This document shows, piece after piece, positions 16,838 through 24,923 of a DNA stretch of 30,775 nucleotides (positions are counted from its first letter, which is position 1; the number at the start of each line of letters is the position of its first letter). The position numbers were made by a program, and so were the translations under genes. The notes beneath the pieces were generated by a model. That model had not been told where the DNA came from. It was given only the letters and a program-made list of their open reading frames with translations, and ran no database searches. Origin of the DNA: Terrimicrobiaceae bacterium (lineage in GTDB: Bacteria > Verrucomicrobiota > Verrucomicrobiia > Chthoniobacterales > Terrimicrobiaceae); assembly GCA_044342325.1 (NCBI GenBank), contig JBIIPZ010000035.1, positions 1 through 30,775 on the forward strand, read 5' to 3'.

Positions 16838-18877
16838 ATGACCCCACTCGATACCAAAATCCTCCAACACTTCGCTGGCTTGGTTGTCCGCAAGGATCTC
16901 ACCAAAGCGGTGAAAGGCAACGCCATCGTCCCGAGCTATGTGCTTGAATACCTGCTCGGTCAGCATTGCGCCACCGATGATGAAGATTCCATCCAAAGTG
17001 GAATCGAAACGGTCAAAAGCATCCTTCAAAAGCACTTCGTCCACCGCAACGAAAGCGAGCTGATCAAATCCACCATCAAGGAGAAAGGTCGGCACAAGGT
17101 CATCGACAAGGTCACTGTCGAACTCAACGACTCCTCAGATTGCTACGAAGCCAAGTTTTCCAACCTCGGCCTCAAGCGGGTAAATGTTGATTCAAGCTAC
17201 ATCAAAAAGCATCCCAAACTGCTCGTCGGTGGGGTGTGGTGCATCGCCGATCTTAGCTACCAACCGACCGAGGATCGCACACAGGAGCCCTGGCACTTGG
17301 AGAGTCTCAAGCCGATCCAAGTCGCCAATGTGGATATCGATCAATTCCTCGCCGCCCGTGCGGAATTTACCACTGACGAGTGGATGGATGTGCTTTTGCA
17401 GACGATGGGCTTCAATCCCGAGCATTTTTCACGCAGGGGGAAACTGCTTTTGGTGACCCGCCTGATTCCATTCTGCGAGCGGAATTACAACCTCATCGAG
17501 TTGGGTCCCAAGGGCACGGGCAAATCCCACATCTACTCGGAATTTTCACCCCATGGCATTCTGATCTCCGGCGGAGAAATCACGGTCTCCAAACTCTTCG
17601 TGAACAACTCCAGCGGCAAAATCGGCCTCGTGGGCTACTGGGACAATGTCTGCTTCGATGAATTCGCGGGGAAGGACAAGAAGGTCGAAAAGAACCTCGT
17701 CGACATCATGAAAAACTACATGGCGAACAAGAGCTTCTCCCGTGGAATTGAATCCCTCGGCGCGGAAGCCTCCATGGTTTTCATGGGCAACACCAAAAAG
17801 TCGGTGCCCTACATGATGAAGCACTCCCACTTTTTCGAGGAGCTTCCCGACAAATACATCGACTCCGCGTTTCTGGATCGTCTGCATTGCTACAACCCGG
17901 GCTGGGAATCGAGCCCGCTCAGGACGGAGCTTTTTTCGAACGGTTTCGGCTTCATCGTGGACTATCTGGCGGAAGTCTTCCGTCATCTGCGTGGCCGGGA
18001 TTTATCAACCTCCTACCAGCCGTTTTTTGAAATCAATTCCGAGATCACCACGCGCGATCGCGATGGCGTGCACAAGACCTTCTCGGGACTTTTGAAAATC
18101 CTGTTTCCCCATGGCAAGTTGGAGAAAACCGAGGTGGAGGAGTTGCTCGCCTTCTCGCTGGAAGGCCGCCGTCGGGTCAAGGAACAGATTCTGAAAATCG
18201 ACGAAACCTTCGTGCCCGTCGAGTTCAGCTACTTCGACAAAGACTCCGGCAAGGAACACAAGGTCGTGACACCGGAGGAAATCCAATATCCGACCTTGGC
18301 CCGTGGAGGAAATGCCGCCTCGGAGGCCGAAACCACTGAAGCCGCCTCGGAGGCCAGCAAACCATCGAGTGAATCGTCACCCCCGGCGGACGGCCCTAAA
18401 ACCGGCCACATCGTGATTCCCGAAAACAGCAAGGGGTGGAGCTACCGGAGGCTATTCGCGAAACACCTCAAGGGCGCCACAAAAATCACTGTCTCAGATC
18501 CCTACATTCGCGCCTTTTGGCAAATCCGGAACTTTATGGAGTTTGTCGAACTCGTTCATCAGTTGACTCCCGAAGGCGAGGAGACGGCAGTCCATCTCGT
18601 AACAAAAACTGACCCAGAAAAATGTGTTGACCAGGAGGAGGCGCTCCAAAAGATTCAAGACTCCTGCACAGGCTCAAGAGTGGCAGTAACATTTGAATAC
18701 GACGGCACGCAAACCTTCCATGCGAGAAGCATTACAACGGACACCGGTTGGAAAATCACCCTCGACCGTGGACTCGATATCTTCCAGCGCTTTGATAACT
18801 CGCCGTTTAATCTCTCGGCTAATATCCAAGAAGAGAGATTAACAAAATCATTGGAAGTTACTTATATGCAATTATGA
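16838..18877 (+). CDS. brxL: BREX BrxL, MCM-like AAA+ protein with C-terminal MIT_C/PLD-like domain
   Basis: VVRKDL, VPSYVLEYLLG, ELGPKGTGKS, FDE, AFLDRLH, RRRVKEQ; tail motifs DPYIR and HARSITTDTGWKITLDRGLDIFQ. Confidence 0.92.
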   Translation: MTPLDTKILQHFAGLVVRKDLTKAVKGNAIVPSYVLEYLLGQHCATDDEDSIQSGIETVKSILQKHFVHRNESELIKSTIKEKGRHKVIDKVTVELNDSSDCYEAKFSNLGLKRVNVDSSYIKKHPKLLVGGVWCIADLSYQPTEDRTQEPWHLESLKPIQVANVDIDQFLAARAEFTTDEWMDVLLQTMGFNPEHFSRRGKLLLVTRLIPFCERNYNLIELGPKGTGKSHIYSEFSPHGILISGGEITVSKLFVNNSSGKIGLVGYWDNVCFDEFAGKDKKVEKNLVDIMKNYMANKSFSRGIESLGAEASMVFMGNTKKSVPYMMKHSHFFEELPDKYIDSAFLDRLHCYNPGWESSPLRTELFSNGFGFIVDYLAEVFRHLRGRDLSTSYQPFFEINSEITTRDRDGVHKTFSGLLKILFPHGKLEKTEVEELLAFSLEGRRRVKEQILKIDETFVPVEFSYFDKDSGKEHKVVTPEEIQYPTLARGGNAASEAETTEAASEASKPSSESSPPADGPKTGHIVIPENSKGWSYRRLFAKHLKGATKITVSDPYIRAFWQIRNFMEFVELVHQLTPEGEETAVHLVTKTDPEKCVDQEEALQKIQDSCTGSRVAVTFEYDGTQTFHARSITTDTGWKITLDRGLDIFQRFDNSPFNLSANIQEERLTKSLEVTYMQL

Positions 18878-19152
18878 AAGCGAAATGTTTGCTTGCTATT
18901 CCGCTGAATTGTAAAGGCCCCGTCATGGATTCCATGACAGAATTTCTTTCAAGAAGCTACCCGGGTTTTTCTTTTGAATTTAGTTCAGATGCGAGCGTAA
19001 GTGAACCGACTATTGAAAGCCTCGAAGCAAAAGAGGGTGCATTTGGATCTATTAACGGCGACTCGAATTTGGCAGCTCAAGCACAAATACCAGGAATTCA
19101 AGATGAAATAAGTTTTGAATACCAACGCTTTGTCGGCATACCCATAGATTAA
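18874..19152 (+). CDS. Hypothetical acidic protein (92 aa)
   Basis: ATGA overlap with the brxL stop; lies in an AT-rich segment. Confidence 0.55.
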   Translation: MKAKCLLAIPLNCKGPVMDSMTEFLSRSYPGFSFEFSSDASVSEPTIESLEAKEGAFGSINGDSNLAAQAQIPGIQDEISFEYQRFVGIPID

Positions 19153-19161
19153 TTTTATATA

Positions 19162-19824
19162 ATGAAAGCATTAGGCATTACTCAACCTCAAGCGTGGTTA
19201 ATTATTAATGAGTATATTTCACGCGTTAAAATTTTTAAAAAAACAGGTTATCGTGGGTCTATTCTGATTTATGCGACTCCAGACCCCGTATCTACAGCTG
19301 AGTTCAGTAATTTCACAGAACAATGTCGCCAGCTTCGCGTAGCATCTTATCCTAAGAAAGAGGAGCTCGAATACGGCGGTTTTATAGGCACCGCCACTCT
19401 TGTTGGTTGCGAAAAAGATGAATCTGGCAATGCTATCGCTATTTTTGACTCTGCTACTGAGCTGGGGTTTTCGCGTTTTATGGGGGAATCTGGCATTTTT
19501 GATGTGGAACACGACCCCTTTAAGATAGCTCCGGCGGTTAACCATATCCTTAAAAAACAAGATGAAGCGCTAAATCCAAGAAATTCAGGGGATTCTCAAA
19601 CCCCATCCAGAGTGGCTTCTAAAAAAACACACCAAAATGAGTCGTCCCAAGATTCATACGCCAGTCATTTTTTAGACGGAGTAGAAGCGCATCTAAAAAG
19701 CTCTCTAAAGAAAGATGCAAAAAAAATCGGAGGAGCTGTTGCTAAAGATGTATTATCTATTGGGGGTGAGATTATAACCAACTTACTTAATGGAGGGAAT
19801 TCATCAAAGCCACGCCGAAGGTGA
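19162..19824 (+). CDS. Divergent ASCH-domain protein with low-complexity C-terminal extension
   Basis: MKALGITQPQAWLII...TGYRGSILIYA...GGFIGTATLVGC resembles the ASCH pattern MKALSIRQPWAWLI...YRG.LLIHA...G.IIG...L.D. Confidence 0.7.
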   Translation: MKALGITQPQAWLIINEYISRVKIFKKTGYRGSILIYATPDPVSTAEFSNFTEQCRQLRVASYPKKEELEYGGFIGTATLVGCEKDESGNAIAIFDSATELGFSRFMGESGIFDVEHDPFKIAPAVNHILKKQDEALNPRNSGDSQTPSRVASKKTHQNESSQDSYASHFLDGVEAHLKSSLKKDAKKIGGAVAKDVLSIGGEIITNLLNGGNSSKPRRR

Positions 19825-19912
19825 AATCACTGCATTTCTATGCATCATGCATTAAACAATTCCAGCGCAGTGACTATCGCTTGCATGGAGCAGAATTTAG
19901 CAACCTGAGAAA

Positions 19913-20836
19913 TCAAGACGAGGGGGAAATGCCTGCGAATCGGGGCAAGGCAGATACTAGGTTTTCGGTGATCGATGCCATGGCCTCGAAATCCAGCGTG
20001 TCCACGGCGTCGGTGTGCTTGTGGTAATTGGGATTTCGGAAGAGGGCGGTATCGGTGAGCATCAAGGCAGGGAAGCCCTCATCCCAGTAGCAGAGGTGGT
20101 CGGAGAGGCGCATTTCGGGCATGACGAGCGGGAGAGTGGGCACAGGGTCTCTGGAGAACGCGGCATCAAAGCGGGCAAGCAGTGGGGTCGAATGCTCATC
20201 GCCCACGATGGCGATGTAGTTTCCGATCGTTGGATCGATGTCACGTGAGCGTGCGAATGTGAGTGTCTCATCGGGAACACCGTAAATGGGCAACTCCTGC
20301 GATCCGGGCTCGTCTGTGAAATAGCCGAGGCTTTCGAGGCAGATCATGCCTTGGAGGTTGTCGCCGTTTTTTCGGCAGGATGTGGCATGAACGCGACTGC
20401 CCATCGACTCGTTCATGAAATGGGGAGGCTCTTCGTTTGTGTAGGCCACGAAGCGGATGTTACGCGGCGGATGGTCGGACTGCATGAGGAGGCGAGCTGT
20501 TTCCAAAAGGATGGCCACGGCTGATATGTTGTCATCTGCACCAAATGTGCCCGGAGCCGAGTCATAGTGCGCACCGAGAATCCAGTGGGGTTCCTGCAAT
20601 CCGCAAAAGTCGCGAGGCACGGCTTCGAGGTTGTGGCAATCAAAGCGATCGACTTGGAAAGTTTGGCGCGAAACGCTGAATCCAGACCGTGAAAAAAACT
20701 CCTCGATGAAATCTGCGGCCCGTGAGAGGCCCGAGGGATTATTGCGAAGATTGCGCTCTTCGAGGGAAAGCGTTTCGGAGATTTGAAAGAGGCGTCGTTG
20801 GAGATCGCCGGGGCTTCTAGGAGGCAATTTATTCAT
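19913..20836 (-). CDS. M28 family metallopeptidase
   Basis: GAHYDS, GADDNISAVA, NEEP, SDH, NPNYH..D. Start set at ATG 20836. Confidence 0.9.
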   Translation of the reverse strand: MNKLPPRSPGDLQRRLFQISETLSLEERNLRNNPSGLSRAADFIEEFFSRSGFSVSRQTFQVDRFDCHNLEAVPRDFCGLQEPHWILGAHYDSAPGTFGADDNISAVAILLETARLLMQSDHPPRNIRFVAYTNEEPPHFMNESMGSRVHATSCRKNGDNLQGMICLESLGYFTDEPGSQELPIYGVPDETLTFARSRDIDPTIGNYIAIVGDEHSTPLLARFDAAFSRDPVPTLPLVMPEMRLSDHLCYWDEGFPALMLTDTALFRNPNYHKHTDAVDTLDFEAMASITENLVSALPRFAGISPSS

Positions 20837-20962
20837 GGGAAAAAGGTATCCGAAACCAGCTGCGCGCAAGCACAAAAAGCGAGTGCTTTTCTGAAGGTAA
20901 AATGAGTGTTTGACATATCTCCTGAAATCGCCGCTGAGCAAGGCAGGATGTCAGAGGGGTCA

Positions 20963-21223
20963 GCATAAAATCTTGATAGTTAATCACGCTAATCAAGCGT
21001 TTGAATTCAGCAAAAGCACGAATTCGCCCCGCATTTTGACGCATTGGGTTTGGCGGAGTTGCCGAGGGGTCATCGCTATGAGGCGATGATGCCGACGGGG
21101 ACGTCGGCGTTCCGTTCACGAAGTTTTCTCCGCGTCTTGGTGTCTCCGTGAGAGGCTTTCGCCAAGACGGGCGACCTCGAAGGTATTCTCCATGATACGG
21201 CGTGGATCGAGGGAGTCGGAGTG
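20963..21223. repeat. About 260-bp composite direct repeat, copy 1
   Basis: Aligns with 22071-22329; 41-bp identical core at 21144-21184 = 22250-22290; contains a REP-like hairpin at 21091-21113. Confidence 0.9.
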
Positions 21224-21272
21224 AGATGGCGGGTAACGGGTCCAATTTTCCTTTAGCATCGCTGAGCAAACA

Positions 21273-21338
21273 GGCCGAGGAGGACCTCGGCGTTCCCACG
21301 AAGCGAAACCCCGCCCGCCCGTTCCTTTTCCGCAAACC
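21273..21338. repeat. 66-bp REP-like repeat, copy A
   Basis: ggccgaggaggacctcggcgttcccacgaagcgaaacccc..., near-identical to 23664-23729. Confidence 0.9.
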
Positions 21339-21345
21339 CAATCCG

Positions 21346-21383
21346 GCGACATATGGACAAATGGCAATAAGTCCATATCTCGC
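21346..21383. other. 13-bp-arm inverted repeat (hairpin or operator) upstream of the TA module
   Basis: GCGACATATGGAC-N12-GTCCATATCTCGC, one mismatch. Confidence 0.55.
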
Positions 21384-21521
21384 TGAAAACCTAACAATCC
21401 TATTTCCCGACTGGCGTAGAGTTCAAGGACGAGCCTTTTGCGGTTCGCAGCAGCCCCCCGTTTCTAAATGAATTCCGGATGTTTCCCTTGACGATTCGCG
21501 TGGGTCGGTTTTTTTAATTGC

Positions 21522-21722
21522 ATGTCATCTGCGATGCTGATTGCCGAACTTGAAAGCGTGCCAGAGGAAACGCGCCGGGAGGTTCTGGATTTTTTAGCTT
21601 TTTTGAAAAGCCGGAATGCTGCGTCATCGCCGAGCGGCGAATCCTTTTTGCCATTGGCCCAGACGGCTTGGGCGGAAGATTGGTCTTCCCCCGAGGAGGA
21701 TGAGGCATGGAAGGACTTGTAG
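21522..21722 (+). CDS. DUF2281-family antitoxin
   Basis: E.VPEE..REVLDFLAFLK and DW.SPEEDEAWKDL; overlaps the downstream toxin. Confidence 0.85.
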   Translation: MSSAMLIAELESVPEETRREVLDFLAFLKSRNAASSPSGESFLPLAQTAWAEDWSSPEEDEAWKDL

Positions 21723-22045
21723 CAGGCGATGTGGTGGTCGTCCCATTTCCTTTCACGGATTTGACAAGCCAAAAAGTCCGGCCCGCACTTGTTTTAGCCT
21801 CCTTGGATCGAGGAGATGTGCTTATTTGCCAGATCACCAGCAAGCCCTACACTCACAGGCATGTCATTCGTGTTGACCAAGCGGGTTTCTTCGCTGGTGG
21901 GCTGCCCAGGCAGAGTTATTTTTTGCCACAAAGGCTTGTGACTGCGAGTAGCGGTATCGTGAGGCGTCGGGCGGGGAAAATCACGGAACGCAAACTTTTG
22001 GACATCCGCCACGCTGTTTGCCAAGTAGTGCGTGGAGAAATTTAG
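21707..22045 (+). CDS. PemK/MazF-family toxin
   Basis: GDVVVVPFPFTD...KVRPALVL...CQITS motif. Confidence 0.9.
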   Translation: MEGLVAGDVVVVPFPFTDLTSQKVRPALVLASLDRGDVLICQITSKPYTHRHVIRVDQAGFFAGGLPRQSYFLPQRLVTASSGIVRRRAGKITERKLLDIRHAVCQVVRGEI

Positions 22046-22070
22046 CTTTCGTGAAGATCAAATGGGGGCG

Positions 22071-22329
22071 GCATAAATTATTGATATTTAATGCTATTAA
22101 GGATGCCTCAGAATCCTGCAAACGCAAGAATTCGCTCCGCGTATTGACGCGTTGGTTTTTGGCGGGATTGCTGTAGACTCATCGCTATGAGGTGCTGATG
22201 CCGACGAGGACGTCGGCGTTCCGGTCGTGAAATTTTCTCTGCGTCTTTGCTCCGTGAGAGGCTTTCGCCAAGACGGGCGACCTCGAAGGTGATCTCCATG
22301 GCACGCCGTGGATCGAGGAAGTCGGAGTG
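22071..22329. repeat. About 260-bp composite direct repeat, copy 2
   Basis: Aligns with 20963-21223; REP-like hairpin at 22200-22222. Confidence 0.9.
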
Positions 22330-22340
22330 CTTGTGGGCAC

Positions 22341-22472
22341 AATAAGAAGGCGGTGGAGCAATATTTCAACGAACTCCCCAAACCGGTGCTCATCCATTGC
22401 AGCGCCGGCGTCGATCGAACCGGCGCCGCAGTCCGCCATTTGAAAACTCTTCCCTCCGACAGCACCAGTTGA
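22341..22472 (+). pseudogene. C-terminal fragment of a tyrosine/dual-specificity phosphatase
   Basis: Reads NKKAVEQYFNELPKPVLIHCSAGVDRTGAAVRHL...; CX5R P-loop at 22395-22424; in-frame stop at 22290 upstream, inside the repeat. Confidence 0.75.
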
Positions 22473-22563
22473 CGCCTTTCAAATAGACCAGAGACAGAGG
22501 GGCAAGATGAGCAGTCCCATTGAAGCCTTGCGATGATTGGAAGGCCTCATTACAAAATACGCC

Positions 22564-22647
22564 ATGAGCCAGCAGACTCTGAAAGTGAATCTTGATCCCG
22601 CGCTGAAGCGAAAGGCCAAGAAGGTGCTGGATGTCTTCCCGCGTTGA
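22564..22647 (+). pseudogene. Truncated RelB/DinJ-type (RHH) antitoxin N-terminus
   Basis: MSQQTLKVNLDPALKRKAKKVLD then an early stop; resembles the RelB/DinJ '.RID..LK..A..VL..LG' start. Confidence 0.5.
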
Positions 22648-22696
22648 CCGTTCATTGAACGGCCGGTCCTTGTTGCCAATCAACCCTTGTTTCCTT

Positions 22697-23197
22697 TTAG
22701 CTCCCCGCAGGCGGACGGGGTTTACTCACACTCTGGCGCAGAGTCTCGACCACTTGCGCACTCAAGCGAAATGCCGTTTTCGACAAACGCAAAAAAACAT
22801 TTTCAAAATCCACCAAGCCTGCCGCAGCGGCATCCGTCAAAAGACCCGCCGTTCCGGTGATTTGCAAACCCAGTGCGGTCGCCACCTTGCGACCCCGTTT
22901 TTCATCAAGAATCAGCAAGCTGGAATCTCGGAATTGCCATGCGAGCGTGATGGCGGAGGCTTCCCCAGCATCCAAGGCTCCCGTTTCTTCAAGATAGGGC
23001 GACGCGTCCGGAACCACCGAGATCCAATCGGGCATCTTCAGAAGCAGAAGCCTCAAGAATTCAGGAGCACTCGAGTGGATAGCTTCTTTACGGATTGTTT
23101 CCGTAATGGTCACTTTACCATAAAGCCTGCGGAGCAAATCCAGCTCACCGATCTCTGACAGACAGGACAGCACGGAGTTGTCACTGACGACGATCAC
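22697..23197 (-). CDS. DUF3368-family PIN-like toxin
   Basis: IVVSDNS.L, LDAGEASAI.LA, LILDEKRGR..A..LGL...GTAG. Confidence 0.88.
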   Translation of the reverse strand: MIVVSDNSVLSCLSEIGELDLLRRLYGKVTITETIRKEAIHSSAPEFLRLLLLKMPDWISVVPDASPYLEETGALDAGEASAITLAWQFRDSSLLILDEKRGRKVATALGLQITGTAGLLTDAAAAGLVDFENVFLRLSKTAFRLSAQVVETLRQSVSKPRPPAGS

Positions 23198-23466
23198 GGG
23201 ATGGCATGTCGGAAATCAAACGACCGGCGGGCATCGGCTAAGATTTCCTCTGCCGATTGGTCGGGCCACATACCATGCCTGCTCAGCATCGCCTGTGCCT
23301 CCCAGAGCGAACCCAACCCCAGCATTCTCCTGACCTGCTCCAGCGAAAGCACTTCTTTTGAATATGCTTCCGCCGCCAAAGCCTCAAGCGCAGCATGGCC
23401 GAGATTCTGGAATCCCGCGCCCAGGTCGGCTGCCAGATCATCAGGTATATCCACGGTCAGAGTCAT
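23194..23466 (-). CDS. UPF0175-family antitoxin
   Basis: LEALAAEAY....LSL.QV..MLG...W.....L..HG pattern; 4-nt overlap with the DUF3368 gene. Confidence 0.82.
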   Translation of the reverse strand: MTLTVDIPDDLAADLGAGFQNLGHAALEALAAEAYSKEVLSLEQVRRMLGLGSLWEAQAMLSRHGMWPDQSAEEILADARRSFDFRHAIP

Positions 23467-23605
23467 TGCTTAATGAAAATATGCCATCCCTCATGGTCCA
23501 TCAAATCCAAAAATGCCATGCGGCAGTCACCAAGTCATAACCTCAAATAGAACGAGTTTTCACGAATAGGGAGCGGCTTCGCCAGAGAATTTCTTTATCG
23601 GTATC

Positions 23606-23634
23606 ATTCGTGTTGATTCGATAAATTCGTGGTT
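23606..23634. repeat. Short ATTCG triad repeat
   Basis: attcgtgttg/attcgataa/attcgtggtt. Confidence 0.5.
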
Positions 23635-23663
23635 CAAATGTGCAACGCTTGAGATGAGCGCCG

Positions 23664-23729
23664 GGCCGAGGAGGACCTCGGCGTTCCCACGAAGCGAAAC
23701 CCCGCCTGCCCGGTCCTTGCCCGCAAACC
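23664..23729. repeat. 66-bp REP-like repeat, copy B
   Basis: Near-identical to 21273-21338, same orientation. Confidence 0.9.
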
Positions 23730-23834
23730 TCTACCTGCAATCCAAAACTTGGAAAAGCTTTTCAGTGGAGCCTCCTAATGTCGTGATTCGGATCAAAAAT
23801 CGGTCAGCGAGCACGCTGATGCGCGGGGTTGCGA

Positions 23835-24860
23835 CTAGGCCGGAACGGACGGCGCTTCGTTGATGGCGTCTAGAAGCAGACGAATCTTTCCGAAGTCGCG
23901 TTTCTTGGGCACGAGGACAATGCGGGGCATGTGGTGGAGGTGGTGGTCGTCGACCTCCTCCTCAAGGGCGGATGTTTGGTCGATGCTGCCGGAGGCGAGG
24001 ATGCCGTCGAATCGTGCGTTGAGGTCGGCGATGGCTTCGTCGGTGAGGGCGTGGTTGATGCGGATGACCATTTTTTCACGCACCCAGCGGTAGGAGTGGA
24101 AATTCCGGTAGAAGTCCGAGATGTGCTTCACGGCGTCGTCCACATCGTAGGTGAAGTGGATGAGGTGGAAATCTGTGTCGGAGACGAGTCCGTTGGCCAA
24201 GAGGTCGTTTGTGATAAATCGGCGCCAAGTTTCCCAATAGTGACCATTCGGGCGGTCCACCATCACGATGGGAACGATGGGCATTTTTCCGGTTTGCATG
24301 AGTGTGAGGATTTCGAAACCCTCGTCGTGGGTTCCGAATCCACCCGGGAAGAGGGCGAAGGCACTGGTCTCCTTGGCGAAGTTCAGCTTGCGGGTAAAAA
24401 AATAATTGAAGTCGATAAGCTTCGGGTCGCCGTGAATGGTGGGGTTGGCGGACTGCTCGAATGGGAGCCGGATATTGAGTCCGAAGCTCTTCTCGGCCCC
24501 TGCCCCTGCTTGGGCGGCACCCATGATGCCATCTCCACCGCCTGTGATGAGCATGTAACCGGCTTCGACAATTTTTTTCCCGAAGGCGAGGGCTTGCGCA
24601 TACTCGGGCTGGGTGGGCTTCGTGCGGGCGCTGCCGAAGACGGCGACTTTGCGGATGCGACTGTAGCGGGCGAAGACGCGGGCGGCGGTGCGCATTTCGC
24701 GCAGGGCGCGGCTCATGAGCTTAAGTTCGGCGATGGTGGCGTGATCCCTTCCGAACCCCAGCGCGGTGTCGATCATCTGCTCGATGTATCGGGTGGCTTT
24801 GCCTTCTGCGACTTCAGCTGTGAGGGAGTGGATGCGGGGATCGGTTTCTTTTTCTTTCAT
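23835..24860 (-). CDS. LOG family nucleotide 5'-monophosphate phosphoribohydrolase
   Basis: AVFGSAR, TGGG.GIM, LPFEQ..N, YFFTRK, PGGFGT.DE. Confidence 0.92.
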   Translation of the reverse strand: MKEKETDPRIHSLTAEVAEGKATRYIEQMIDTALGFGRDHATIAELKLMSRALREMRTAARVFARYSRIRKVAVFGSARTKPTQPEYAQALAFGKKIVEAGYMLITGGGDGIMGAAQAGAGAEKSFGLNIRLPFEQSANPTIHGDPKLIDFNYFFTRKLNFAKETSAFALFPGGFGTHDEGFEILTLMQTGKMPIVPIVMVDRPNGHYWETWRRFITNDLLANGLVSDTDFHLIHFTYDVDDAVKHISDFYRNFHSYRWVREKMVIRINHALTDEAIADLNARFDGILASGSIDQTSALEEEVDDHHLHHMPRIVLVPKKRDFGKIRLLLDAINEAPSVPA

Positions 24861-24923
24861 GAACGGAGAGGAATCAGATTATGCTTGCGACGCCTCAGGG
24901 CAAACGCAAAGCGAGTTTCCATA

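Noticed and set aside
3716..18432. Numerous antisense and alternate-frame ORFs within the BREX genes
   Set aside because: They overlap well-supported genes, lack recognisable motifs and are expected in GC-rich coding DNA.
20837..20941. N-terminal extension of the M28 peptidase in the ORF track
   Set aside because: Alternative start with non-protein-like sequence; ATG 20836 is more plausible.
20958..20985. dif/pdif-like Xer site at the start of each 260-bp repeat (GGTCAGCATAA..., GGGCGGCATAA...)
   Set aside because: The XerC-like arm matches the E. coli dif arm at 8-9 of 11 positions, but the normally better-conserved XerD arm matches only 4-5 of 11.
20963..23729. Integron attC cassette array or IS element
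   Set aside because: No convincing RYYYAAC...GTTRRRY attC ends, integrase, transposase or terminal inverted repeats with target duplication were seen.
23931..24923. N-terminal half of the 642-aa + strand ORF
   Set aside because: It is the antisense shadow of the LOG gene; the plausible start is ATG 24924 before the signal peptide.
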